Source: the human T2T-CHM13v2.0 reference genome, Homo sapiens
Direction: 5' to 3' (one strand)
DNA: 64,000 nt
NCBI RefSeq assembly: GCF_009914755.1
Contig: NC_060927.1
Part shown: positions 46,492 to 58,640 of the stretch, in pieces
Layout of the letters: each line of letters begins with the position of its first letter
How positions within the stretch are numbered: the stretch's first letter is position 1
Position numbers and translations under genes: made by a program
Notes under the pieces: model-generated
Databases searched by the model: none
Told to the model about the DNA's origin: nothing
The model's input: the letters and a program-made list of their open reading frames with translations, nothing else

Positions 46492-48176
46492 GTAAAGCAA
46501 TTTATTTGTTCTTCTTTTTGATATTTTTATCTTGTCTTTTATATTAAATGTGTTTCTTAAGTATTTGTTGAAGAAAGAATTTGTATACCAAGTTAGTTTA
46601 TTGTTTTTTATTATAATTCTGCTGTTTTATTTTAGAAGAAAAATTCATTGTGAAAATGTATAAGAATGTTATCATTTATTTCAAGGATCATTTTACCTTG
46701 GTTACATATAATATATACATAACTTCTTTAAGAAAATGTAAAAGGGTACCACACATTGTTTGTTTAACCTTCATCATATTACATGTTTATATTAACATTC
46801 ACTGAGTTTCATGGAAATTGCTTTTGGCTTCACTGTATGGCTGGTATTACAAAAGAAGTTCCAGATTAAAGAATTTGCCTCTTTTGGTTAGATTTAAAAC
46901 AAAGTTAAGAGAATCTTTAAAAAAAAACAAAACAAAACACGTTTACCATGTTGAAAATTAGAGGAGAAGAAAGAAAAGAAGAAAATAAAAATTACTTGCA
47001 GTCCCACCACTCATTGATATTGGTAATTTGGGGGAAAAGTTTAATAATATTTGCTGGTTGCCTTCTCATAAATTTAGCTGGTAAATTAGGAGGAAGTACA
47101 CAGAATATTGGAAGGGAAGTAGAAAGCATTTATGTGTGAGAGTTGCCTGTTAATTTTTGGTATGGATGTCAATCTCAGAAGGATTGGAAGAGTTAGAGTT
47201 ATAGGGGAGCACTGGTCCCATTTCTCACTCTGAAGACCTTTTCTACCAGTAGGGTCACCATTCATTAAGGCTGTCATCAGCTTATTCAGGTACACTTCTG
47301 TGAGTGGTACACACTGAGATTGTGATTTTGTTGAGAAAACTTATTAAGAATAGTTTAGAAATGTTTCTCGTAACAAAGAGTTTGACTTGTTAAAAATGTT
47401 ATTATGCTTACCCAGAAAATTTCTCCTTGGTTGGCCATTTGCAACTTGGGTCAAAGTAGTGCATGGCAACACTGGCTGTATCAAAGTTTTCTGCTAATGC
47501 TGTTTGCTAAATTGCAATTAATTTAAAATTTGACTAAAACTTTGAGAATATATTTTAAAATTACACACCATGCGAAAATACAGAAGGTGATGCAAAAGTA
47601 CAGTGAATGGTGATCTTGTTTGATTTTTTAAAAATCATAATTTAGGCAGGGTCAGTGTTCCTTTTATGGTAGGCTACTTAGCTAGCACTTTGTTTCTCCT
47701 AGGGCAAAACAAAATTCTGTTTAGCAAGTTGAAATGAAAGTGGTTTTCTGGTTGATAAATAGATTGTTTATTTTGTTAGAAACTCATTAAAGAATTATGT
47801 GTGATTATGATAATATTTAGTCACTGTAATGCTAAATTTGAACTTATTCCTGTGGCTTAGTTTTGACGCCACGGGCATTGTTGCCGTTACTTAATGCCCT
47901 TGACATCAAAATTTCTCTCAAAGAGAAATTAAGAGAGATTTAAGGGATTAAATGGATAGATTCCATGGTAAGGATATGAAGATGTTAAGTTTGGCCTGGG
48001 GACATACAAGAAATTTAGAATTGCAGCTCTCTGGTTAATTTGCTACTTCATTGATTGGGCTGCTGAAAGTTGATTAAGTTTCTAGAAGTAGGTTTCTGAA
48101 GATAATCTAGTAATGGGAATCTATTCCATAGAATTTGTGTGTGAGATTGTGTTGTATTACAACACTTCTTTCTTGC

Positions 48177-50634
48177 TTTTTTTTTTTTTTAAGGAACAAA
48201 TGTGTTTATTATTGTGCTGAAAAATTATGACCACCAACAACCAATGAAGGGCAGGAAGGAACAACACTATGAGATCATGAAAATATTTTGCTTCTTGTAT
48301 TAGTCTGTTCTCACATTGTGATAAAGAAATCTGAGGCTGGGTAATTTATAAAGGAAAGAGGTTTAATTGGCTCACAGTTCTGTAGAAACATAGTTGCTTC
48401 TGGGGAGGCCCCAGGAAACTTTCAGTTATGGCGGAAGGCAAAGGGAAAGCAGGCCTATCTTCACGTGGTGGAGCAGGAGAGAGAGAGTGAAGTGGGAGGT
48501 GCTACACACTTCTAAACAACCAGATCTCAGGAAAACTCACTACAACGAGAACAGCACCAGTGGGGACATCTGCCCCCATGATCCAGTCACTTCCCACTAG
48601 GCCCCACTTCTAACATTGGGGATTATAGTTCCACATGAGATTTGAGCAGGGACACAGACCCAAACCATATCACTTGTCAACAAACTTTCTTCTCTTGCTT
48701 TAACATTTTTGACGATTCTTTCCCAAACCTATTAAGTAATGATGATGGTTACAAATTTTCCAGTTCTACCACTCTTTCCAGTGCATTATTTTTTATATCT
48801 TCATTAAAGGAGCAAAGCAAATCCCCTACTTGTAATAATAAGACAATATTGGAGACTGCCATTAAAACACAGGAGAAGTAAAAAAACAGATCTGTTCCAA
48901 GACACACAGGACTATAAATTTAGGAAATACACAGAAAATTAAAAGTTAAACTCAATTGGATACATTAAATATGTGCAGCTTTTTGTATGTCGATCATACC
49001 TAAATAATGTCATTTTGAAAACAAATGGTCCAACCTGTACCACCAACAGGTTTTGAGTATATATAAATCTAATATGTATTTATGAGTAGGGAGCAACCTT
49101 AAACATTTTAAACAGCAGAAATACACAAAGCAATTATAGGTGGAAGTAATACAAAGTGCCTTGTGTTTCTATCCTAGAATCAAACTATAGAAGTCTCAGG
49201 TTATTAAGAAAACAAATATTGTTTTGAATATTAAAAATCATGTGTTTTGGAGAGGGAGAGAATTAACAGCCTTTCTCTGCCTTAGAATACTTTACATTTT
49301 GTGAAATTTACAATCAGAATGGAGCATCTCCTAAAGTTGTCAGTATGCTAGGGAGGGAAATTGAGCACAGGAGCAAACCACTGTTTTCTTAGTGCTCAGC
49401 TGAAGAAATTTTCACTTAAAAGAGCTGTAGCTGTTGAAGTCATTTCCATTTTAGAAGCGTACTATAAATGACTTTTTCTATGTATTAACTAGAATTAATG
49501 GTAATTTGTGAAATGTTTTATCATTTTTAAAATTAGAGTCTATATCTCAGCCAGTGAAGCAGCAGGCACTGCTGCATGTCATAGTCTAACACCTGCAATC
49601 CACCAGTCTGCATGGACTGTAAGCAGGTATGGAGAGAACCGGAGTTCACCTATCAGCAACACCACCATGGAATCGACTGTTGAGCCTTTCTACTATTAAT
49701 TACCATATATGTGCCTTTTTTCTGGTATTTTATTCCCACTGGATGCTTTTTATTAAGACCTTGTACCTGTGAACACATTTGGGGCACAACTTACTGTCTT
49801 CAAGGTGCAGGGGTGGGAAATTGGGAGGCGGGAAGCAAGAAGAGTGCACTCACTCTCCCTTCTTGCATTTCTGGAGCCCAGGCTTGTCTAGCATGAAACT
49901 GGAGGTGAACCCAACCATCTGTATCTGCAGGGAGACTTCTCCCATGGTCTTCTCTTGTGGAGATTCCTCTGCCTCTGGTGTCCCACCCTGGCTGCAGTTC
50001 TGGCCCTGGAGGCCAGCAAAGCACCTGGGGTAGAAGTTTTCTTACAGCTGTATTAACTCCTTCAAGGAGAGCAGCAGACTCTTCCAAGGCAGGCAGCACC
50101 CCCCCAAGAGGGAAGAGCCATCTCAGGAGGATGTCTCCTCAGAACTTTTCAGGGACGTTTACCCCTTGTCCACCTTTGATTTTTTTTTTTTTGTAATGAT
50201 TTCTGAATTCTGGCCTCTTTTGCTGTGCTAGGAATGTCCTTTTATTTTGGGTAGGTGAAGGCACACGGGTGCTTATGTGCATCTAATTTCTGGCCTTTGG
50301 TGCTCAGCTTTAATTGTTGGCACCAGGCACACAGAATGTCCTGGCGAATCAGGTTAATGGGTAGCAGTTTAGAGGGTAATGGAGGGATTGATATCTTCTT
50401 CTGAGGTTTTAGGTTGTTGTCACTGAACTCTGCCTTCCTCTTTGGGCAGAGCACTTTGTCACCTTTTCATTTGGTCCCCTTTGCTGATGTTCCTGGCAAA
50501 GCAATTGTGCTTGGTTAATTAGAAGTTTACTAATCCTCTTCCCTTGACTTCTCTGTGGATTTCCACTCTTTGCCTTTTTGACTTCTCCATACTCGGAATA
50601 GAAGTGGAGGTTGACGAAATTTTTCCAGAATCAA
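48177..50634 (-). pseudogene. Processed pseudogene of DPPA4 (developmental pluripotency-associated 4)
   Basis: Intronless DPPA4-like peptides (PPLPSKL..INLI.QDIL.AWCQQLKLS.KGQKLDA; [22 protein letters not shown]) broken by frameshifts and stops; AATAAA at 48210-48205, A14 tail at 48190-48177, probable TSD AA(C/T)ACTTCTTTC at 48161 and 50635. Confidence 0.92.
48296..48672 (-). mobile_element. MST-type MaLR solo LTR in the retrocopy 3' UTR
   Basis: TGTATTAGTCTGTTCTC...CCAAACCATATCA; 5-bp TSD CTT(C/G)T. Confidence 0.88.
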
Positions 50635-50731
50635 AATACTTCTTTCAAGTATGTGTTATAACACATTCATAATCCAATTTGAGCAGTATATGAAATAAGA
50701 ACTAGAAAATAGGGCTTTATGTTTTTGTCAT

Positions 50732-51105
50732 TGTATTAGTTCATTCTCTCATTGCAATAAGGAACTACCTGAGACAGGGTAAGCTATGCAGAAAAGAGGT
50801 TTAATTGACTCACAGTTCCACAGGCTGTACAGGAAGCATGGCTGGTGAGGCCTCAGGAAACTTAATCATGGCAGAAAGTGAAGAGGAAGCAGGCACATTT
50901 TCACATGGCGGAGGAGGAGACGGAGCAAAGGGGGAAGTGCTACATACCTTTAAAGAACCAGATCTCATGAGAATTCACTATCACAAGAACAGCAAGGGGG
51001 AAGTCTGCCCCCATGAGCCAGTCACCTCCCACCAGGCCCCTTCTCCAACATTGAAGACTACAGTTCAACATGAGATTTGGGTAGGGACACAGCCAAACCA
51101 CATCA
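50732..51105 (-). mobile_element. MST-type MaLR solo LTR
   Basis: TGTATTAGTTCATTCTC...CCAAACCACATCA; perfect 5-bp TSD GTCAT. Confidence 0.9.
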
Positions 51106-54100
51106 GTCATTCTTACTTGTTTGAAAGGTACAGACCTAGAAGCACTTAGTCCTAGGGTGTAAACCACTGCTAATCGAATGACAGGTCCATGATGAGATTA
51201 AAAGCTTGCACCAGAATGTAAATCATTGTAGAGAGCAAAACCCCTCATCTTTCATAGTACCAAGTCATTAAACAGCTAAAACTGTTAACAGCTAAAATCA
51301 GTGTATATCCATCTTTTGCTGAGAAAATTTTGGTTGTAAGAATGTCTGTTACACTGAACGGTGTGTTTCAAGACATACTTGATTTACACTCTGCCTCAGG
51401 CTTCTTGTGCTGGATTGCTGTCTGTGAATAACTTCAGCCCACCTGCAAATCATACTTGGTGGATCACTAATATAAGCAACTTGTTTTGTAAGTTAAGGCT
51501 TTATGTGTTTCTGGTTACAGTGTTGGCACTGGGTTGGTTTTAATGGACATTCCTGCTGTTACTATCTTCTAGCTCCCTACAGGGCACGTTGACTTTGTGA
51601 AATGAGTAAGAAATTTAGAGTCCTGGCCCTGCCTCTTTTCAGCTGAATGGCCTTGGACAAGTAACTTCCATCATTATTAGCATTTAATGTTCCTAAACTT
51701 TTCTTCACCTTTATATTTATACTTGTCACAGTAAATAAAAAGAAAAATGATTCTACAAGGCTCATAAGAAAAAATAGTAATCTTCCCCACCCCTCTGAAC
51801 CTAGGATTCTTACTTCTGTGAGGAGTAATTTCAAGCCTTTAACTCTTTCTTTTGGCATTTTCCCTATGTTTCCAAGGAAGCTTTTTTACTGCTGTATTTT
51901 CATTTATAGTTTTAGCTGTTTAATGACTTGGTACTATGAAAGATGTGGGGTTTTGCTCTCTTACATACAATTATCATCCCCTCATCCTTCCAGGAGTGTA
52001 TATCTTAATTTTTTGTTAGATTAATATTCAGTATTTACATCATTAAATGGTAAATATTATTCACAGTTGAGTCAGGTAGTGTAATTATAAGCAGACTTGT
52101 TTTTTGTACTGCTTTTTTGTTTTCCTGGAAATTACTAATTGTCTCACTTTCATTTGGTTTTTTAAACATACCTACCATTGATTCTTTCTGAAATCTCTGA
52201 CACAGGTGTAAATCTTCTGCCATTGTGTTTAAACAAGGCAATTAATCTGTCCATTTTCTTTTCTTTCATTTCTTTTCCCTGTGAAGACATCTCTCCTGGA
52301 GCTTGCCATTCTCCACCGTGGATAGGTTGCTTTCAAGGATAGGTGTATAGCTGTCATCATGAGAACTCCCTTCATCATTATTCTGGAGGTTTTCTGTGCT
52401 CCTCTATTTGTGCTTCTTTGCATTCTCTGTCACCATATTTATATGTTTACATTTCTATTTTGATAGAGCATAGTTTTGAGATCTTGTATATCTGAAAATA
52501 ATCTTTATTCTATTTTCAGGCCTGATTGAAAGTTTGACTGGCTGTAGAAATCAGCTTTAGAAGTAAATTTCCCTCAGGACGTTTACAGTTAAATATGAAT
52601 TATTTCAGACTTTAATATCTGATAATGGCAGATTAGGTAATTTGGGCCAGTCCACTCACCGAGGACAAATAGGTAAGTTAGATTTAAAAAAATTTTTGCT
52701 TGAAGTAAAATGCTATCAGGATGGTGAACAATTACCAGGCTGGGATCTGGGCTGGGCAAGAGGTTCAGGGAGGTGTGTCCAGGGTTTGGGGCCATTATTA
52801 ACTGAAAATAAAGAAGGCAGCCGAGAGGATAAAAGGTTGAGTGGTGTTTTTGATAACTTTAAGGGGCTAGGGGTCCATGATGGCTCTGAACGCCTCCTCA
52901 GTTTGGCTAAAGACCCTGAAAGGCTGCACCCTAGGAGTAAGGATGGACCAGAACAGGCCCTCTTGAAAAAACCACTCAGCTTCAAACATCTAAATCCCTG
53001 AAATCAGTTTTAAGTTAAACTTAAGAGTGCTACTGTCCCCAGGCATCTCCAAAGTGCTAGGGCTTCCAGGAACCTGGAAGTAGCAAATATAAATTTTCTT
53101 CAAAGGAAAAATTACCATTCTGGGTTTCAGATTATTCAAATAATTTTGCAAATAATGCTTGGTACTTGCTCAGAAAATAACCTGAGACAACAAAGACCAG
53201 GAGAGAAGACAACACAAAGGAAAAATAGTAGAAGCAGCAGAAGATAGAAATAGACCCATGATAAATCTAGATATTTGTCATTATGATGCACACAGTTTAC
53301 AATAACAATGTTTATTGCATTCAAGGCACTAAAAGATAAGATTGAGCATTTCGAAAAAGAATTAAAAACTGTAAAAAAAATGAGTGGAAATTTTAGAATT
53401 GAAAAATAGAATGACTGAAATTAAGGTCTTAAAGATTAAGGGATAATTAGTGAACTGGATGATGTGACAGAATAAAATGTCTAGAATAAAGCACAGGCAA
53501 AGTGATAGAAAATATAGATGAAAGGATATGAGAAAGAGAAGACAACAAGAAAGTCTAATATAAGTGTTTTTGGAATCCCTGAAGGAGAAAAAAAATGAGA
53601 ATGGGCACAAAAGATATTTGGAGAGATACTGGCTGAGATTTTGCCAAAAGTGAGGAAGGTCAAGTATTTAAGAAGTCCAAGAATCTCAAGCAAGATAAGT
53701 AAAAAGAAACAGTTGCCATGGTTGAAAACTAAAGACAAAGGGAGGAATCTGAAAAGCAATCAAAGAAAAAAAAGATTATCTACAAATAGCTCTTAACAGT
53801 TGACTTGTCAGCCAAAAAAGTGAAAGCCAGAAAACAATAAAATGTCTACAAAGAAAGAACATGACTTTTTCCTCTACCAAACGAGAATTCTGTATCCAGA
53901 ATAAAGGTAAAATAAAGACATTTTCAGATGAACAAAAATTGAGAGAACTGGTTACAAGCAGACCTGCACTAAGGAAATATTAAAAAATGTTCTTTAGGTA
54001 GAAAGACAGTGATCCCAGATTGACCCTCAGAGCTGCAGGAAGAAATGAAAAGCAGTAGTAAATGTATGGGTAAATCTAAATGAATATTGATTGTATAAAA

Positions 54101-54109
54101 CAACAATAA

Positions 54110-54222
54110 TAGATGGAGTTTTGCTATGTTGCCCAGGCTGGACTCGAACTCCTGGGCTTAAGCAATCCTACCTCAGCCTCCCAAGTACCTGGGACTACAG
54201 GTGCATGTCACTGTGCCCAGCT
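54110..54222 (-). mobile_element. FLAM/AluJ monomer fragment
   Basis: GTTGCCCAGGCTGGACTCGAACTCCTGGGCTTAAGCAATCC...GTGCCCAGC. Confidence 0.8.
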
Positions 54223-54920
54223 AACGGTAATTGCCTTTTGAGTTTAACGTATATGTAAAATTATGGTGGCAATGGTGTTATATTTAAGTCAGGTTGGGAT
54301 AAATGGAATTGAAGTATTTATAGCTAACATTAGACCTTGTTAAGTCACAAATCCATGTTTTTATCTTGAGGGAACCATTAAAAGTATATATTAGTAGAGA
54401 ATATCTTCCATGCTAATAGAGAAAAATGGAATGATAAAAAAAGTAATCAGTCCCAAAGAAGGCAAAAAAGAAGAGAAAAAGGAACAGAGCTTATTAAGTA
54501 CAAATATTATGTAACAAGATGAAAGCTTTAAATCAAAATAGGTTTGTTAAATGTAAATGCAGTAACTGGCTTAATTAAAAGAAAAACTGTCCAACTGGAT
54601 CAGATAAACAAATGCAATTATTATTTAATGTTTATAGAAATATAAAAACATTGAAATTAAAAGGTAAAATATATAACATGCAAACAGTTTGACTAGAAAG
54701 ATGGTATAATTATATTCTTATCAGAAAAAGTATGATTGGAGCAGAAGCCGAAAGCATTACTCAAGGTGAAGAAAAACACTTCATAATGAGAAAATGTGAA
54801 ATTTCAGGATATGTAACTTTAGTAGACATTCTTTGTGCCCTGTAGTATGTCCTCTTTGCCTCCTGATTTCCTTTTAGCTATTAAATATAGGTCCTTATGC
54901 GCTGCCAACATCTACTATAA

Positions 54921-55131
54921 CAGGAGTTTCCAATCTTTTGGCTTCCCTGGGCCAGATTGGAAGAAGAATTGTTTTGGGCCACACATAAAATACACTAACA
55001 CTAATGCTGGCTGATAAGCTTAAAAAAAAAATCTTGTAATGTTTTAAGGAAGTTCACACATTTGTGTAGGGCTACCTTCAAAGCTGTATTGGGCCACATA
55101 TGGCCTGTGGCTTACAGGTTGGACAAGCTTG
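54921..55131. mobile_element. MER30 hAT-Charlie element
   Basis: CCAATCTTTTGGCTTCCCTGGGCC...GGGCCACACATAAAATACACTAACACT...GGTTGGACAAGCTTG. Confidence 0.85.
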
Positions 55132-55145
55132 TAGTATACTTTGTT

Positions 55146-56097
55146 TGAAGGGGTGGGTTGCCCCTCCACACCTGTGGGTGTTTCTCGTTAGGTGGAATGA
55201 GAGACTTGGAAAAGAAAGAGACACAAAGTGTAGAGAAAGAAAAAAGGGGGCCCAGGGGACCGGCGTTCAGCATATGGAGGATCCCGCTGGCCTCTGAGTT
55301 CCCTTAGTATTTATTGATCATTCTTGGGTGTTTCTTGGAGAGGGGGATGTGGCAGGGTCATAGGATAATAGTGGAGAGAAGGTCAGCAGACAAACATGTG
55401 AACAAAGGTCTCTGCATCATGAACAAGGTAAATAATTAAGTGCTGTGCTTTAGATATGCATACACATAAACATCTCAGTGCCTTAAAGAGCAGTGTTGCT
55501 GCCTGCATGTCCCACCTCCAGCCCTAAGGCGGTTTTCCCCTATCTCAGTTGATGGAACATACAATCGGGTTTTATACCGAGACATTCCATTGTCCAGGGA
55601 TGGGCAGGAGACAGATGCCTTCCTCTTGTCTCAACTGCAAAGAGGTGTTCCTTCCTCTTTTACTAATCCTCCTCAGCACAGACCCTTTACGGGTGTCGGG
55701 CTGGGGGACGGTCAGGTCTTACCCTTCCCATGAGGCCGAATTTCAGACTATCACATGGGGAGAAACCTTGGACAATACCTGGCTTTCCTAGGCAGAGGTC
55801 CCTGCGGCATTTGTGTCCCTGGGTACTTGAGATTAGGGAGTGGTGATGACTCTTAAGGAGCATGCTACCTTCAAGCATTTGTTTAACAAAACACATCTTG
55901 CACAGCCCTTAATCCATTTAACCCTGAGTTGACACAGCACATGTTTCAGGGAGCACAGGGTTGGGGGTAAGGTTACAGATTAACAGCATCTCAAGGCAGA
56001 AGAATTTTTCTTAGTACAGAACAAAATGGAGTCTCTTATTTCTACTTCTTTCTGCACAGACACAGTAACAATCTGATCTCTCTTTCCTTTCCCCATA
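55146..56097 (-). mobile_element. HERV-K (HML-2) LTR5 solo LTR, probably LTR5A/B
   Basis: 952 bp; minus strand begins TATGGGGAAAGGAAAGAGAGATCAGATTGTTACTGTGTCTG and ends GGGGCAACCCACCCCTTCA; CTTTGTT duplicated on both flanks. Confidence 0.92.
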
Positions 56098-58328
56098 CTT
56101 TGTTTCTCTCTCTGGGGCCTTGGAAAGCTGCTTAGATGAAATCTGGAAGTGTTGGGGAGTTAATACTCTTAGATCTTAGGTCAAGGTTCAAGTAGTGGAG
56201 GGACTAGGTGAATTCTCCAACTTCCCATTCCTCAGAGAGACGATTCTGAAAGATTCCATCTGGTTCCTTAGTGGATTCCCAGTGGAATTCATCACCAGCT
56301 GCTTACTTCAGTAATATGCTTAATATGCTCAATAGCACGTCCTTTATTAGCTTTCCTTCCTTCTCTGCCTTGCTCTCTGTGTCCTCACTGTGCTTTCTGG
56401 GGTCACCTCCAGTTGCCCTGAAGTCCATGTCTCAGCCCACACTTTGCTGGGGGACTCAAACCAAGATGAAAATGTCTGCGTATCTAATGTGTCTAGTTAA
56501 ATAGTTTTAAAAGAAAATCCTCTTTCTGTCTTATCTGTATGTGAAAAGTGACAGAACTAGGAAAAAACAGATGAAGCCACAATCATAGGGGAGAATTTTA
56601 ACACATTTTTCTTAGTAACTGATGGAATAAGAGACAAACATAAGAATATAGATTTTAACAGCATGATCAGCGAACTTGACTTAATTTTTATATATAGAAT
56701 ATTATACAACAGAATTTCAGAGTACACATTCTTATTAGCACAAAAAATACCCTTACCAAAATTGACCATATGCTGGGCCATAAAGTAAATCTTGATACAG
56801 TTCAAAAGCTTGATGTCACAGGTATGGTCTCTGAACATAGTGGAAATAAGTTAGAAAAAGATAACTTGAAAATCTGCATACATTTGGAAATTAGGACATG
56901 AAGTTCTGAATAATTCATGGATCAGTGAGGAAATCACAATGGAAATTAGAAAATACTTTGAATTCAAAATGAAAATACAACATCAGACATACAGAATGCA
57001 GATAAAATATCTCAGAGGGACATTTATAGCCATAAGAGCATATATTAGAAAAGAGGAAGGGCTGAAAATCATTGAGGTATTGATTCATCTCAAGAGGTTG
57101 GGAAAAGAACTTGCTAAATTTGAAGAATGTAAAAAGAAGGACATTTTTTAAAAATGAAAGTAAAAGCCTGGAAGTGATATGACATGAGAAAACTTCCAAA
57201 AGAAAACTGATGTAACTGTATTGGCATGAGACAAAGTAAACATCAAAGCCAGAAGCAATACTAAAGATCTAGGGACACTTAAAAATTATGAATGGGTCAG
57301 TTAACCAGGTTGCTTTAATAATTCAATTCTATAAATACTTAATAATGTAGCCTTAAAATATACAAAGAAAAATGGGCAGAATCAAGGGAAAAATTAAGTA
57401 CATGGTAATCATGGAAGACTTAACAAGTAGCTCTCAATTAATACAACAAGCAGAGAAAACCTCAGTTTAGGTGAAGATTTGATCAAGATTAACAAACTTA
57501 ACCTAGTTAATAAACTTGACCTAATTAATCTAAATAGAACATTGTACCTAGTAACTGCTGGATACACATCCAAGTGAATATGGACCATTTACCACTACTG
57601 CCGTAAAGCATGTCTCAACATATTTCAGAGGATTAGCATCATGTTTTTTGACCAAGGTGGATTTAATCTAGAACTCAGAACAATGAAAGACATCCAGAAA
57701 AAATCCTCAAAAGCTTGGAAATTAAGCAATACACTTCTAAATAACCCATGAATCAAAAGAAATCAAAATGAAAATTAGAAAATATTTTGGACTGAATAAT
57801 AATGAATATGGTACGTATCAAAACTTGTGGAATGCAGCTAATGTGGTGCCTAGAATGTTAGCTATGTGTGTATACATATAGCTACATTTTATATACAGCT
57901 AAAATTATATATATTAGAAAGGCTGAAAGTGATCTAAGTAGCCATTTCAAGAAAAACAAAAAAACCCCAGCAAATTAAAACCAAAGAAATGAGAAAGAAA
58001 AGATGTAATAAAGATAAGAACAGAAACTAATAAAATAGGAAACAAATGTATAAGAGGATGAACAAAGCTATTCTCTTCGAAAAAAATTAATTAAATTGAT
58101 AACCTTGGCAAGACTAATTAAGAAAAAAGGGGGGAAAATAACTAATGTTAGCAATTAAAAAGAGAAACCATAATAGAGCCTCTGAATAGTAAAGGGGTTA
58201 TAAAAAGATACTATGAATGACCATGTACCCACCCCCCCACCACAGTAAAACATTTAGATATAATAAAAAATCCCTAGGAAAGCACAGCATACAAGAAAGG
58301 TTGAGACATGTGAATAGTATCCTATTAA

Positions 58329-58640
<312 letters not shown>

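Larger units (their letters stand above)
54820..56470 (+). mobile_element. LTR33/LTR16-like ERVL LTR split by MER30 and LTR5
   Basis: GGGGAGTTAATACTC motif and terminal CTTTGCTGGGGGACTCAAACCAAGA; heavily diverged. Confidence 0.45.

Noticed and set aside
46321-46521. 66-aa stand-alone ORF
   Set aside because: It is a CEP63 internal exon read through into the intron; the listed start codon is TTG
48296-51105. Two same-orientation MST LTRs around the DPPA4 sequence resembling a provirus that captured a gene
   Set aside because: Each LTR has its own TSD (CTT(C/G)T versus GTCAT), and the retrocopy with its poly(A) tail extends past the left LTR
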